DNA of 64,000 bases from Vicugna vicugna. Taxonomy: Eukaryota. Positions 13,115 through 27,321 of this stretch are shown here, in pieces; the stretch's first letter is position 1; every line of letters starts with the position of its first letter. A program made the translations under genes and the position numbers. The notes beneath the pieces are model-generated. The model saw only the letters and a list, made by a program, of their open reading frames with translations, was not told the origin of the DNA and did not search any database. The stretch lies in contig MU058531.1 in NCBI GenBank assembly GCA_013265495.1, positions 3,472,911 through 3,536,910 of the forward strand. The letters run 5' to 3'.

Positions 13115-13355
13115 TTGGATTCGAGTCTTGACTTCACCACTGTGTCATCTTGAATAGATGACTTTGCCTTTCTAGGCTTCGGTGTCTGCCACCATAAAGC
13201 AGGAGTAAGAGCAATACCTTCATAGAGTCGTTCTGAGGATTAAATGAGATAACGTACATAAAGGACTTAGCATAGCATCTGGCATCTAATATGTGTTCAG
13301 TAAATGTGATGACAGTGATGATGATGATGTGATGCTGAGGATGATGATGGTGGTC
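13115..13355 (+). mobile_element. MIR SINE with (GAT)n tail
   Basis: ggattcgagtcttgac...tgaggattaaatgagataacgtacataaagg...tcagtaaatg followed by gatgatgatg. Confidence 0.8.
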
Positions 13356-14950
13356 ATGACGATTGCTGCCACCCTCCACCAGCCCCTTGAAATGCCAACC
13401 CTCCCTGGTTCTTAACTCAGGTGCTCTGCTCTTAGCTCAGTCATAGATGCACATAAGGAACAATACCCTCCAGGTTTCCCTGGCTGTGGGCCCAGAGCAG
13501 TAGCATCTTATGGGACTCTTGAAAGGAGGTATCAAGAGGCTAGAGGCCACCCCTATGTACAGTCTTCAGTTAGGTTTTCCTTGGGACTCATGCATCAGAC
13601 CATTCATTAATTCATTTAACAACTATTTGTTGAGTGTCGTCTGTGTGCCAAGCACTGTGCTAGGCCTTGAAGATAAAACAGAGTCTTAACTTTCAAGGAA
13701 GTCACCTGCTGGTGGAGGAGATGGACAGATAAACATGCAATTTTAGGACGAGAATAAATGCTATAGTTGAAGTAGGAAAAGTATGTAGGGGTTCAGAGGG
13801 AAGTCCCTGTACCATCTTGAGTGAAGTCTGAGGTTTCTAAAACCACTTAAGACCCTGGAGAAATGTGAATACCTATTTAACCAAGGAAAACAAGCCCTCA
13901 TGTGTATTCTGTAGTTCTGTTGTTTCTGCTTCATTCTCTGCTGATACCATGTCCTTCCCTCCAGAGTAGAAAAGATGCTAAGCATTTATTCCTGGGGCTG
14001 GGTGCCATGTCTACTAGGACTGGTGTAAAATTTAGTGTTCAAGTTAGAATTTCCACATTTCTATGAAGATGCATTACTCTTTACAATAAAATTAAATGAG
14101 ATTTTTCAGTACATGTTACTAATCCTTTTGAGTGTGTTTTAATTGTTTAGCTTTTTAAAGAACAAAAACCTCATTTAAATGAGCTATGAAAATTCTTGTC
14201 CATGGGAACATTTATAGAACATAATGGAGTATGCTTATAATTTGTTTATAATAACATGTGGGTCAGTAGCAAATATTTAAGAGGGAAAAAAAAGAGATCT
14301 CAAGATAGTCTGAGTCATTATTTAGACTTCTGTTGGAATTGAATCTTAAAACCAAGAAATTACTAGTACAGTTAAAGTAGTAAGAGGGCATTTTAAGAGT
14401 CTACCTTTCAATGGACAGAATTCTAACAGAAGATATTTTACCATCTTCTAGAAAGGCTAAAATGTGTTGCCAGCTGGAAATATGTACATATTTGGTGTTT
14501 TAAGTCTTTTAACTCTATTTCATTGTAACAACAAACTTTAAAAAAATGATTTCTATAATATTAATCCTACATATGATTCTATGGTGGCCTGAACAGATGG
14601 ATGCTTCAACCCTTCTGAGCCTCTCCGTGTGAATTTCACAGTCACCAGTAACACCCTTGGGGGCAGTCGTGGGTACTTTACACCGTGTTTATACCCAGAA
14701 TCACATTTTTTTTCCATTAATAAGCAGAGTCATCTAAAATCCATTGCAAGCAGATCTTATTGTGGATGTCTGGGAACATGGAGGGGAAGTGAGAGTATAA
14801 AATGTTTCAGAGACTCTGGCAACTCCCAAAATCTCATGGGCTTTTAACTGGGTTTAATGAAGCAAAGCTGGCATTTAATCCCAAGTCTGTCCAATTTCCA
14901 ATCCAAGTTCTTAACCACTAGGAAACCCTCCAGATCTTAGCCTGACCTGA

Positions 14951-14972
14951 GTGTGTGTGTGTGTGTGTGTGT
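14951..14972 (+). repeat. (GT)11 microsatellite
   Basis: Seen directly. Confidence 0.92.
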
Positions 14973-15894
14973 TTGTACATACATATATAAGTACAACATG
15001 GAACCCCCAGTTTGAATGCAAGTCCATCTGACTACAAAATTAATCATTTCCCTGCATTACCTGCTGTCTCCTCAACCGTAAGACCTCTGAAGACTCCAGG
15101 AATATCTCAAGCATTCTTTGATATGAGCATCTATGCGGGTAGGTGGGGGGATCTTCCCATCTGCAGCTGTGAAGTCCTAGCACAGAATCAACCAAATGGG
15201 AGGAGAAGTCTCAGAAGGTATTTGTTGAGTGGATGAATAAATAAATGAACACACGCACACAACCCTAGGCTAACACACATTTACCAATGCTAAAAACAAC
15301 AAAGAACACGTGACGCCATCTGATTTGATCCTGTGAGCATCACCAACATCTAAAGTTAATTTAGCACAAATGACTATTTTTCAAGCGGCACCTACAAAAA
15401 TCATTTAGGATGGTCCCAGCCCTGCTCAATATGTAACACTGGGACTGATCATCTGAAAGCCATAGGAGGCATATTTAAACCTTTGACCTTCATTGGCCTC
15501 TCAGCAGGAAAGTCCTGCCTTGTTGGGAGGTATTAACTGGCCCACTGTGAGGTGGATAGCTCACTGGAATGATTCCTCTCTGGTCTGTTTCTGTCACTGC
15601 TCTCCATGCCCTCATCCTCCTGGGCCAGTGGGCACGTGCTCCTGAAGAGCTTATCTCTGCAGAACACTGTTGTTGAGAAAAGAAAAAAGGAAAGGAAAGA
15701 AAAAAAAAAGGAAGGAGTGGCTCCGATCTCTGTATTAGCCCTGCTCTGGAGGATCTGGAGTCCCTTTCCTGAACAAGAGATGAAGGTGTCTCCATTCTCC
15801 AGCCCTTACACTGAGAGAGGAGTCCCTATTTCCTCTATATCTTTGGGGAAGGCCCTCTTCTCTATGGTCATCATACCCCAGCACAATGGTGGAA

Positions 15895-16250
15895 ATTCAT
15901 TTACCTTGGAAATATTTATTAAACACCTGCACTGCTAGGTACCAATAATAGAAGAGACATTGTCCCTACCCACGTGGAGCTAAAGACCAATAGGGAACCA
16001 AGTAACTACAAAAATAAATGACAAATGGTGGCCATGGCACATGCTGCCAGGGAAAGGGATGCGGCTGTGTGAGACCCTCTTAAAGGGGGATTTGATCCAG
16101 GCAGAGAAGGCAATGATGTTTTGACTGAGAGCTAAAAGTCCAATACATATTAACTAAGAGAAGACGACATGGAAGAGTGTTCTAGACAGAAGTAACCATT
16201 TGTGCAAAGGCCCTGTGGCAGCAGGGAGTATGGCCAGTTTGGGATTTGAA
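15895..16250 (-). mobile_element. L2 3' fragment
   Basis: aaatatttattaaacacctgcactgctagg...tgtccctacccacgtggagct...tgtgcaaaggccctgtggcagcagggagtatgg. Confidence 0.65.
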
Positions 16251-19094
16251 TGGAGAGTGGAGATCTGGAGGGTTCCTCAAGAAAGTCTGGAGAATTCAGA
16301 ACAACCAAGGCTAACAGGGATTGGGTGCTTACTGTGGACCAGGCACTCTGACAAGTGTTTTTTTAAGTATTATCTAATTTGAGACTCACATTTTACATCA
16401 GAGGACACTAAGCCACGGAGAGGCAAAACAAACTGCCAGATAGTACAGGCTCCTGTTAAGGGCCCCTGTCTGTATCCCTAGGAGCAACAGGAAGCCGTCA
16501 GAAAGTTTTAAGCAGAAGAAGTGATGCAATAGGATTTCTCCTTCAAAAGGATGAGGCTGACAAAAATCAACTGGAGATGCCCCCACCTCCATTGCCCCTC
16601 CAGCCCTTTTTGTACCCAAATACAAATGTTTACATTTAAAACCGTCATGGATATTGAATCTGAAAATAAATGATTACGCTGCAAGAGAGACACAGATCAG
16701 ATGAGCCTAGTGCCACGTGGTTGTTCTGAGGTGGCGGGGAAAGGAGGACTAGCCTGCTAACCCAGCTCTCGTTACTCTCTGGGAACTGGACTCCAAGAAG
16801 TTTAGACGAGAGAGGCGTGTGGTGTGGACTGGAAGAGGGGATTGATGACACTCCCCCTCTAGGCCCAGGGGGACTGTTAACACTCCCCAGCCCCAAGCCA
16901 GACTGAGAGTTGAGTCATCGCAGTGTCATACTCCGCCCAGGAGAGCAAAAGCTCCCTCATGGGCCAAATCCAGGCCATGTGGCTTTTTCTTTGACAGCTG
17001 CAGTATTTTTTTTTTAATTAGGACATTTTGCATTAAAATGCAGGGTTCTGGTTTTTCTGGCAGCCCTGGGCCATTGTTCTCCCTTGGCCCAGAGCCCTGG
17101 CCCTGGTCTGTTCCCCTGCCCCAAGTAAGACCCACCCGCTCCCTCTCAAGTCCTTCTGGCCCCACCCCACCGCTGAGCTGTCTCCCTCCCAGCTCAGGTC
17201 TCATTTCCTTACCTGTCTGGCCCTCCAGATGCCTACACTGGGACCCTTGGATTGTGTGCTAGGGAGGATTTCAGTTCATCGATTTGAGAGGCTGGGCTGG
17301 ATGTTGGGACAAATGGGAGATAGGCTCTAAACACAAGAAGTTCTTTGAACCGGCTTCCGGTGGGGGTCCTGTTCCCAGGCAGGAGAGGTATGTAAGATAA
17401 AGTGCCAGGGTGGGAAGGAGGAAGTGATGCTCAGCAGATACAGTGAGGTGTAAGGCTGATTTGGTAGATGTAGTCACAGTTTGGAGAGAACAAGGTGAAA
17501 ATTTGGACCCAAGGCATTAGAGAGCCATCATGGGCTCTGAAGCAGGTTGAATTTTAGGAAGGAGAAACCAACAAAAACCTGTTAGGGTCAAGAGGCCTGG
17601 AGGTAGGACACCCTGGGTAGGAAGGAGACTGGCAGCTACAAACCTGTATGAGTATTCCCAGGTCAGGAATGGTGCGCTCCGAACAGAGGGCCAGAAACCA
17701 GTGTGAGTCCGTTGAGTTTTCATTGGCACAGGGCAGTGGTTACAGGAAAAAGATTGGTCTTGAAAATTTAGCCTCACCAGGAGGAAAATGAAATGTAATA
17801 AAAATTACAGTTGGTTAAGAATGGAGGCATTTTTACTACGACACAGCACCATTGTGAAAATCCCCGAGCTTGTGCCAAGGGGTAGATGCTGCGAAATTCT
17901 CCCAGAGTCAGGGCATTTGAGTGCTCTTGGTGCAGTCGGCCCAGCCCAAGGGGCTGGGAGAGGGGCCTCCACGGGCTTCTATAAAGCATAGATCTTGCCC
18001 AAATGTGGAAAACCTTGAGGGACGTGAAAACCATTAGGGATCCGTAGCCCTGACTTGAACCAAGCAGAGTAAACAAACCCCTGCCCAAGTTGGAACTCGC
18101 TGGACGCCTTACAGAGTTATCCAAGGAGAAAGGCTGGAAGCCTCAAGGGTCTACAAGTGACTTAATGCCTTGTTTCTCTGCTTCGCTCCAGTCTGATATA
18201 ACTGCTTGTACTTTGGTCTTTGTCCTTTTTTGAAGTGTCTTAACACCACAGTTGCAAACCCAGAAATGGATTGTGTTCTGAACCTAAAATATATACAGTA
18301 CCTTTTTTTTCCTGCTAATGGGATGTTAGAGCTCTAGTTAGATCTTCTGGAAGCCTGTTACATATTAAGGAACTGGGTTGGGAAAGCTCCAGGGAGCATT
18401 CACATTTTCCATAGACAGGGTCTTGGTATGTTCCCAACCTCGATTTCTGTTTTCAGTATCATTTGTCACTCTTTCCGGCCTCATCGTTCAGTTTTCTATA
18501 TGCATAACATAGCATAACTTTGTATCTCTCTCCTGAAAAGTTAAGTGGCATGTTTTCTTTTTTGATCCCATTAAAAAAAAATTGAGAGGTAGATTCATGG
18601 AGAGTTATGAATGTCCATTCATTCACTAAGTAGTCAACCTAGTGCCTACTGGCTGGACATCCTGTTAGGCACTGTTTGGGGACAGTGGAGGAGGTAGACT
18701 GAAGAATACACAATACCCTTATCTGCCGGATATTCACAATCTGTTAAAAGGTGGGGATGGACATAGAGGTAGGAAACCAAGACACAGAGCAGCCAAGAAC
18801 CAAACCTTAGGTGGTCACAAATCCAGAGGTCACAGAAGCATGATGTAAACTAGCCTCAGGTTAGGCTTGAGCCTTACCCTGTCTCTAGTCCACTTCTAGG
18901 AAAGATAATGTGATATAGCACAATACGAAAACATTTACTGAGTGTCCACCATGGCTTTGTTCTAGCCAGGGATAAAAATAATGGACAAAAAAACCAGTGT
19001 TCTTTGTCTCCAGGAGTTGGTGATTTAGTTGACAGAAAGACTGATGTGTGAACATGTGGTTACACTATACTGTGACACATATGAGGCAAAGATT

Positions 19095-19310
19095 AGTGAT
19101 TAAGAGTGTGCACTTTGGTGACAGACAGACCTAAATCCCAGATCTACAACATAGAAGCTGTGTGACCTGGGCAAATTACTTAACCTTTCTGTTCCTACAT
19201 TTCATCATCTTGCCTGTAAAATGAAGACAAGGCAGATACTGGCCTCAGAAAATTATAATGAGATAAAAATCAATGAACCTAATGAATATAAGGTGATCAG
19301 CACAGTGTCC
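19095..19310 (+). mobile_element. MIR SINE
   Basis: agtgattaagagtgtgcactttgg...gctgtgtgacctgggcaaattacttaacctttctg, the MIR core. Confidence 0.8.
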
Positions 19311-20897
19311 AAAACAAATAAACAAAAAAGGGCAGAGATGGAGCAAAGAAGACTTACAGAAGACATTCCAGAAATAGCAAGAACAAAGGCTTAGATCAGA
19401 ATGGTTCAGGAGTGGGCTGGTGAGAGGTCAGGTTTGGCAGGAGGGAGCATGAAGGGGACTGTGGGAAATGGGGCTGGGAAGGGTGTCTCGGCCGTCTGGA
19501 GCTGCAGGTGGGCTCTGAGTCAAAGCAAACCTCATGAGGACGGGGATCCTGACAGAGTTTTTCCTGTCTCTTGCCCTGAGAGCTCAGTTCTGCCAACCAC
19601 ACCCACTCCTTTCCACGATTCCAGGCCGCATCAGCCACTGACAGCATCTTACCTGCCTGGAAGGTCTCTCTTGTCTTTGCAGCTAGCTCAGGTGGATAAT
19701 GCACAGGTAAAGTCCTTTTCCTCCTTCTCTAGCTCAGTTATGAGAAAATTGGAATTTTTAATGCAAACTCTCCTTTTTAAAAGAAAAAGAGCAAAAGAAT
19801 AGAAGGAAATGAGGGAAGGAAAAGAGTTAGAAGAAGGAAAAGGGAGGGAATGGAGAGGGGAAGGGAAGGAAAGGACAGAGATGCACCAAAACAGACATGT
19901 TCAGCAAAGCACAGACTTCCTACCTCATTTATCAGAAGTGGGGCACACAGATCAGCCTTGCCAGTGGATTCCATTTGTAGGACTTCCTGTTCTTCTCTTC
20001 CTTGCTTCTGCCCTGACTGTCTGGACCTGGAGAGATTACACTAGCTATCTGAGGAAGTCTCTGCTGACATGGATGCCACATCCCTTCCAGAACCTTCTGA
20101 CCTCTCCATAGCAGGGGACCCAGGTCATAGATGCCTTTGGTCCTAGGCTGTGACACACTCCTTTGTGTTTATCAGTCTCTCCATCTGTTCATTCGATGAC
20201 CGTTACTAAACTCTCCTCTCTGCAGACGCTCTGCCAGGAGTCAGAGATAGCAACTTAGGGTATAAGAGGTCCAAACAATAGTGCTACAGACTCTGAAAAC
20301 AGCACCAAAAAAGAGCACCTCTGTAGCATGTATTCACAACCCGAAGGTGACTGCTTAGTGTTTAACTCGGACATAAAATCTGGTGGTTTTTGTTTTTTAA
20401 AAAAAGATCTTTCTTGTACTTTTATTCCTTCAGACTTAAAAGCAAATAGCCTGTGTTTGCTTTAAAAATACTGTTATTGAGCCTAATCTTTTCTATTGCT
20501 TAATTAGTACAAATTAATGAGAAATTATGTATTTATGAAGTGACATATGGTAGAATAAAATAATTTAAGCTTCTACACTGAAAATGAATTTTTGAGGTGC
20601 AGTTTCAAAGAGTCATTCTGGGGGGACCTTCTATTGGATTATTCAGTCTCTCTGAGCCTTAGTTTTCTATATCCACAAAGCAGAAATAATAGGCTTATCC
20701 TTTAAATCAAAGGAATGTAAAGGCATTCAGTGTGTTGACTCTAAGCCATTACACAAATGCAAGCTGCTGTGTCACTATTGCAAATAATTTTGATGATAAG
20801 TAATGACTATGATTGTGGTCCTGGTTGTGGGTTTGTGAAGCCAGTAGGCTTATTCTCTGCCATATCTGGATGCTTCTTTCCCTGTGACCACCCCATA

Positions 20898-21055
20898 GCA
20901 GTGTTTCTCAAAAAGTATTGTGCATATGGGTCTCCTGGGGACCTTGCTAAGTGCAGATTTGGATTTACTAGGTCTGAGGTAGGGACTGAGATTCTGAATT
21001 TTTAGGGGATTCCCCAGTTGCTGCTAGCCAAAATTCTCATGTTGTGAGTAGTAAG
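20898..21055. mobile_element. hAT-Charlie MER5A-like element
   Basis: gcagtgtttctcaaa...tgcatatgggtctcctggggaccttgctaagtgcagatt...taggtctgaggtagggactgagattctg. Confidence 0.65.
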
Positions 21056-24000
21056 ACTCTAGATTATCTCTGGAAGCATCCTCAAGGGACCTTTCTGTGT
21101 CTCATGGCTTCTGTGTCACCCACCTTTGCCTGAGGAGGACTGTGTCACCCTCTCAGGGCCACGACTCCCATGCCAGCCCCAGGCCCGATCTTGGAGCAGG
21201 AAGCCCTGAGCACACAGAGCAAGAGCCCCCTCCTGCCGCAGCACCCTTGGGTTGCTGCCACACACACGGGAGGCAGCTTTTTAAAGAATGTAATGTTCTG
21301 TATGTTTGTTCCACTCCACCTCAGCTCTGAAGGTGTCTTCAAAGCTTGGCATTGTCAGTTTACCACACTATTTGAGTCAGTCTTTGAACCCTGGAGCACT
21401 GGTCTCAGCCAATCAAGTCCACAGAAATCAGACTTCTAAACCCATGCACTTGCCCAATTTCTGGGAGCTACATGCAGCTCAACCAGTGCAAATAATAGCA
21501 ACAATAATGAGGATAATAACTATCATGTATTGGATCAGAAACTACACACCATAATCTGTTCTAAGTGCTTTACCAACACACACTCTCTGGCAACCCAGCA
21601 CCAGCAACTCTCAGGCCCCACCTGAGACCTCATGAATCAGAATCTGTTATTTTAACAATAAAATTCCTAGGGAAAAATCCTGAGTTCAAGTCCTAGGTAT
21701 GCCACTCACTAATTGTGCAAACTTAACTTTTTCTTCCTTGTCTTCCATCTTCAATCTGTTGGTCTTATTCAGTTTCAAGATCAACTTGATAAGACCCCAA
21801 GTACCTTCCACTGGCAAAGATGTTTGGGAGTTCTCTTTGATGCCCAGGATTGGTGGTCAAGACTCACTGAGAGTGGCCAGAGGGGAGTTCCAGTTTATGA
21901 TTCTTCCTTCAGAGAGAGCAGGGGCCGGCCAGTTGAGTCTCTTTAGGTGAAGAGATTACTCAGTAATTAGATATGATCCACCAGCTGTCAGAAAATATAA
22001 TCTCTTTGTATCATTTATATTTATATCTGTAACTGTAGACAAAAAGGAAGTCACCCTGAAAGAAATAGCAGGCCAGTGAGTAACAGCTTTCAACAGAGTG
22101 AAGGAGCCACATGTATTAATGACCTGGTCTCTCCCTTGGCCAACTCCCATGTGCTTATAAACAAGTAAATATTAGTACACTCCCAGGGAACATTACCTCT
22201 GCAGAGTTCATTGGGGAAATGCAGGTCTTCCATTAATGATCCAGTTACTATGCTGTGTGTTTTATGGACGTCTCATGTAATTCCCAAAGCAACCTGCTGA
22301 GGTAGGCTCATGATCCCCATTTCAAAGCTGAGAAAACTGAGACTTAGAGGCTATACATTGGTGCCCTATACATTTCAATTGCTTCAGAAGGAGGTTGAGA
22401 AAAGGGGAAACGGCTGGTGCTTTACCCTCTATTGCCCTGAGCAATATATTCCCTTCTTGCCCCAAACCTGCCTACCCCAGTCCACAAACACAAGGCCCTG
22501 TGGTTAGACTAAGTGGGTGTCTCTGTTTTGAAAGGCATTTTAGGGATCTCATGGTCGTCCCACTACCTTCTGACTTCAGAGGTTTGCCAAAGTGTTTGTT
22601 GCAGCCACGTGTGATACTTCGCTTCTGAGAAGTTAAGGAAAATTGATTTTCCCCATCTTCTCATTTCTCCAGTGGTGTTTTCTTCCAGCTGGGAGTTCAC
22701 AGGGAGCTGAGCAGATGGCCTGTTCCACTCTAAGAGATTAATCACAGGGTTAAGCAACTAGAGAGTTGCTGAGCTGGGATTTGAACTTGGCTCTGTTCCA
22801 CGTTAGAGCCTGGGCACCTCACTCTCCTGCAAGTGGAGCCTGGGGCTCCTCCTTTACCACCTCTTTTCCGCAGGCTTCTGGCAGGGGCCATGTGAATGAA
22901 GGTGTGCAAGGCACCCAGGCATGCAGCCCTGGTTTGCTCCGTGAGAGCTGGCAGCAGTCCAGCTTCAAGGTCACAGATACTAGAGGCTGGGCAGCCAAAC
23001 TGTTCATGTCCAGGTGTGAGCACCAGCCTCTCCTTTGTCTCTGCTGCTCAGAGAGAGGCTAACAGCTGTTATTCCAGGTCCCATGACTGTTTTATACCAA
23101 ATCAGAGAGGAACTGACCTCAGGAAGGAAGTATGAGGTCTCTCCCAGACACATTTAAACCTGTGTGTGTTTTCTTCGCACATTTTACTGGGCTGGCTCCA
23201 CCCTTCTTCCACCTCCCACTGCCATTATATGAGGACATCACCTCACGGGGCCAAATGGCCTTGCGAGCCCCCTGGACTCTGGCCTAAGAAGGGTTTTGTA
23301 AGGATTCCTCTTGGTATTCCACAGTAGAGGACAGTCAAGAGGCTGTTGCAGGCATCCATGCAAGAGGGATTTGAGAGAAAGCAATGAACATGGAATGGAA
23401 GGGACTAATTCTTATAACAACTGGGAGATGAATGGATACAAACTCAGCCCAGGACATGGAAGAATAACATATGCCTCCGAGAATCTGGACCTGGGGAAGT
23501 GAAGGTGGTACCCTAAAAAGAAAGTGAAAAGGTAGATCCAGTTTGGATAACTTGACCCTCAGATGCTGGGATATTCCAGTAGACACTCCCAATAGAAGCA
23601 TCAGGATTGGAGCTGAGTGAGAGGTCAGAGCTGGAAGTACACTTTGCAAAGTCATCTGCTTAGCTGTGATGGTCACAGCTTGAGATGAGCTTTTCTAGGA
23701 GGAGAGAGATGAGCAGAGAGCTAAGACTGTAGAGTTCAGGTTGAGCTGCTGCAGGGAGGTCCAGAGACCAGTGCCATTGCTGGAGAGTTTTGAGGAAAGC
23801 CAAGATCATGTAGTGTCCTGAGTTAGGACTCAAGGAAGGAAATGGTGTTGAGCTTAGACTTGTAGAATACTAGGCTCCCTCTACATGACAACTCCATGGT
23901 GATCTTCATTTAACAAGTCATTATGTCCTCAAATCTATTATTAGCCACTTTGGTATGGCTATTTTTTTTCCTATTAAAGGTGGCTTTGACTTTCTCAGTA

Positions 24001-24289
24001 AAGTCTTCTACTTAAATCATCAAATATAGTCAAAAAGCCATTAACTGAACAATTAAATAGAAAACAATTCCTGTACAGCCATGCCCACTACTAGATGAGG
24101 TACATCACATAGATTACTCACGTGGTGTACTAATTAGAGTGTTTGACTTGAAATAGCATTTGGTCAAAAAGAGAGGGACACTGTGACTCCTAATGCCTTC
24201 CAAGTTTTGGTTCCATTTTAGTTGGAAAGGGGAAATGAACAGTTTTGAGTCTGTGCGTAAATTTAACTCTGGTACCCAGAGTACAAGAA

Positions 24290-24470
24290 ATGGTGAAGAG
24301 GATGGACTTTGGAGTTAAAAGAGTCTGGGTCAGAATCCTGGCCTTACTACTTTCTGTGAATATTTAGGCAAGTTACTTAATCTGTCTCAGGTTCCTCAGC
24401 TGTAAAATGAAATATTGAATCATACTTGGGCCAGAGTCACTGGTAGAATAAAAGGAGATACTTAAATAAA
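24290..24470 (+). mobile_element. MIR SINE
   Basis: tggactttggagtt...ctgggtcagaatcctggc...ggcaagttacttaatctg...ttcctcagctgtaaaatg. Confidence 0.75.
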
Positions 24471-24982
24471 ATGTTAGCAAGTAATGCTGTCAGTACCAGT
24501 AGTATTGCCTTTTATGGGTGCAAAAAAAAAATTCCAGGTCCATTTGTGTTTTTCTTATTAAGTGACTTTGACCTACCCAAAGTCTGGTACAGGTCATTTC
24601 TGCAATAATATGTTCTAAATCAGAAATAACATGCACCAGTTTTCTTTTAAGTCCTAGAGCTATTTTAATTGATACTCATATCGTCATGGGTTGAAAATGT
24701 GATATAATAACAAACAACAATAAAGAGTGCATTTTCAACATGAATTTTAAAAATATATATTTCCTTTCTTTAAAGCAAACATGGTTTTTAAAAATATCAG
24801 AGTGTTTGTGATTTGAAGTCATGGTTACAGTCACGTCCCAGTTTGCCATCTGTTCTTGTCCAATGTACAGGTCCAAGTTAGGGTCAGAACTGCAAGTAGA
24901 CAAAAATGTCTGCTGGTTTCATACAAAGCTCTTCTCGGGCTGTACTTAAACATGCAAGATATTAATATAAAATGAATGTACA

Positions 24983-27321
24983 GTTGAACATATGAAAATC
25001 AAAGTTAAGCACCATATTAATAAAATAGTGGATAACAGCCACATGATGGTCTCAATAGATGCAGGAAAGTCATTTGACAAATTCCAACACCCTTTTACAA
25101 TAAAAACACTCTTCAAAATAGAAATAAAAGGGAACTTCCCTAACCTGATAAAGTGCATCTATGAAAAACCCACAGCTAACATAATGCATAATAGTGGAAG
25201 ACTGAGAGTTTTCACCTACAGTCAGGAAACAGACAAAGATATCCATTCTCATCACTTCTATTCAACATTTTGTTAGAGGTTCTAGCCAGGGCAACTAGCA
25301 AGACAAGAAAAAGAAATAAAAGATATCCAAACTAGAAATGAAGAAGTAAAACTATCTCTATTAGCAGACAACATGATCTGGTATATAGAAAATTTTAAGG
25401 AATCCACTAAAATACTACTAGAACTAATAAATGAGTTGAACAAGGTTGCAGGATATAAGCTCAGTCATATATCTGTACACTAGGCATGAACAATTTGAAA
25501 GTGAAGTTACCAAAACTGTTCCATTTACAACAACATCCAAAAGAATAAAATAGGAATAAACTTAACAAAAGAAGTTCAAGACTTGTGCACTAAAATCTAC
25601 AAAGCATTGTTGAAAGAATTTTGAAAGATCTAAATAAATGAGAAGACCTCCTGTGGCCATGGATTAAAAACTTAACATTGTTAGTTGTCTGCTGATTCAG
25701 TGCAATCCATATCCTTTTTTGAAGGAATTAACAGAGTGATTCTAAAATTCATATGAAGTTTCTAGTGACCCAAAATAACCAAAATAAACTTAAAAATAAA
25801 AATAAAAAATTGAAAAGTTAGAGACTCATACATTCAATTTCTAAACTTACTACAAAGCTACAGTAATCAAAACAGTGTGGTAGTACTGGCATAAGGACAG
25901 ACGTATAGACCAACAGAATAGAATAGAGATCCCAGAAGTAAACCCGTGAACATGTGGTCAAATAATTTTCAACAGGGATACCAAAATATTCAAGGGGGAA
26001 AGATCTTTCAAAAAGTGGTGCCAGGAAAATTGGCTATCCACATGCAAAAAATTAATTTGGACCCTTACTTTACACTATGTACAAAAATTAACTCAAAATG
26101 AATCAAAGACCTAAACATAAGACCTAAAACTGTGAAACAGAGGGAGAAAGCTTCATGACATTGTATTTGGCAATTATTTTTGGATATGACATCAAAGGCA
26201 CAAGCAACAAAAGAAAAACAGACAAAGTAGATTTTATCAAAATTTAACACTTTCGTGATATTCAGTATCATGTAATAACCTATAATGGAAAATAATCTGA
26301 AAATATATATATATAACTGAATCACTTTGTTGTACACCTGAAATTAACACAGTATTAAAAATCAACTATAATTTAAAAAAAAAACTTTTCTGTATCAAAG
26401 AACACTATCAATAAAATAAAAAAGCAACCCACAGAATGTAATAAAATATTTGCAAATCACATATATGATAAGAGATTAATATCCAGAATATATATATATA
26501 AACAGCAAAAAAAAACAAAAACAAAAAACCCAGTTGAAAAATGGGCAAAGGACTTGAACAGATATCTCTCAAAAGAATATATACAAATAGCCAATAAGCA
26601 CATGAAAAGATACTCAGCATCATTACTCATTAGATGTATGCAAATCAAAACCATAAGACACCACTTCACACCCACTAGGATGTCTATAATTTTTTTTAAC
26701 TAAGGAAAACAAATGTTGACCTGAATGTGGGGAAATTGGAGCCCTATATATTGCTGATGAGAATGTAAATTGGTGCAGTCACTGTGGAAAACAGTTAGGA
26801 TATTGCTCAAAAGCTGCTAAACATAGAGTTATCACATAATCCAGAAATTCCACACCTAGGTATTTACACATACAAAAGTTTTTACACAGAAGTTTGTACT
26901 AGCATCATTCGTGATAGCCAAAAAGTGGAAGAACACAAATGTCCATCAACTGATAAATAGATAAACAAAATTTGATACCTACATAAAATGGATGTATCCA
27001 GCTGTAAAAAGAAATGAAGCACTGATTCATGCTGTAACATTGGTTAACCTTGAAAATTTTGTAAGTAAAAGATGCCAGACACAAAAGGACACATATTGTA
27101 TAATTCAGTTATAGGAAATGTACAAAAGAGGCAAATCCATAGAGACAGAAAGAGTAATGGTTGTCGGGGGCTGATATGAGGTGGTTCGTGGGGAGTAACT
27201 GTTAACGGGGAGGGGTGATAAAAATGTTCTCAAACTGACTATGCTGACAGTTGTGCAACTCTGAATTGTACACTTTCAAACATGAGCTTTATGGTACGTG
27301 AATTATATGTCAATTTTAAAA
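24983..27321 (+). mobile_element. 5'-truncated old L1 (L1MA/MB-like): decayed ORF2 RT to C-terminus plus 3'UTR
   Basis: ORF 24992-25276 gives HMMVSIDAGKSFDKFQHPF...IYEKPTANI (L1 ORF2 RT). Later L1 motifs include ctacaaagctacagtaatcaaaacagtgtgg and aaatgtccatcaactgataaatagataaacaaaa. Many stops and frameshifts. Possible TSD aaaatgaatgtaca (24969-24982) / agaatgaacataaa (27322-27335). Confidence 0.93.
26258..26380 (+). mobile_element. Younger cetartiodactyl-type L1 3' stub nested in the older L1
   Basis: tcatgtaataacctataatggaaaataatctgaaaa...tataactgaatcactttgttgtacacctgaaattaacac...caactata plus poly-A. It interrupts the host L1 with a degenerate TSD aacactttcgtg / aaaacttttctg. Confidence 0.8.

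Noticed and set aside
19401..19802. 133-aa ORF with an internal cag|gtaaag donor-like site
   Set aside because: Weak acceptor, no known similarity, and not needed for the PLCE1 frame.
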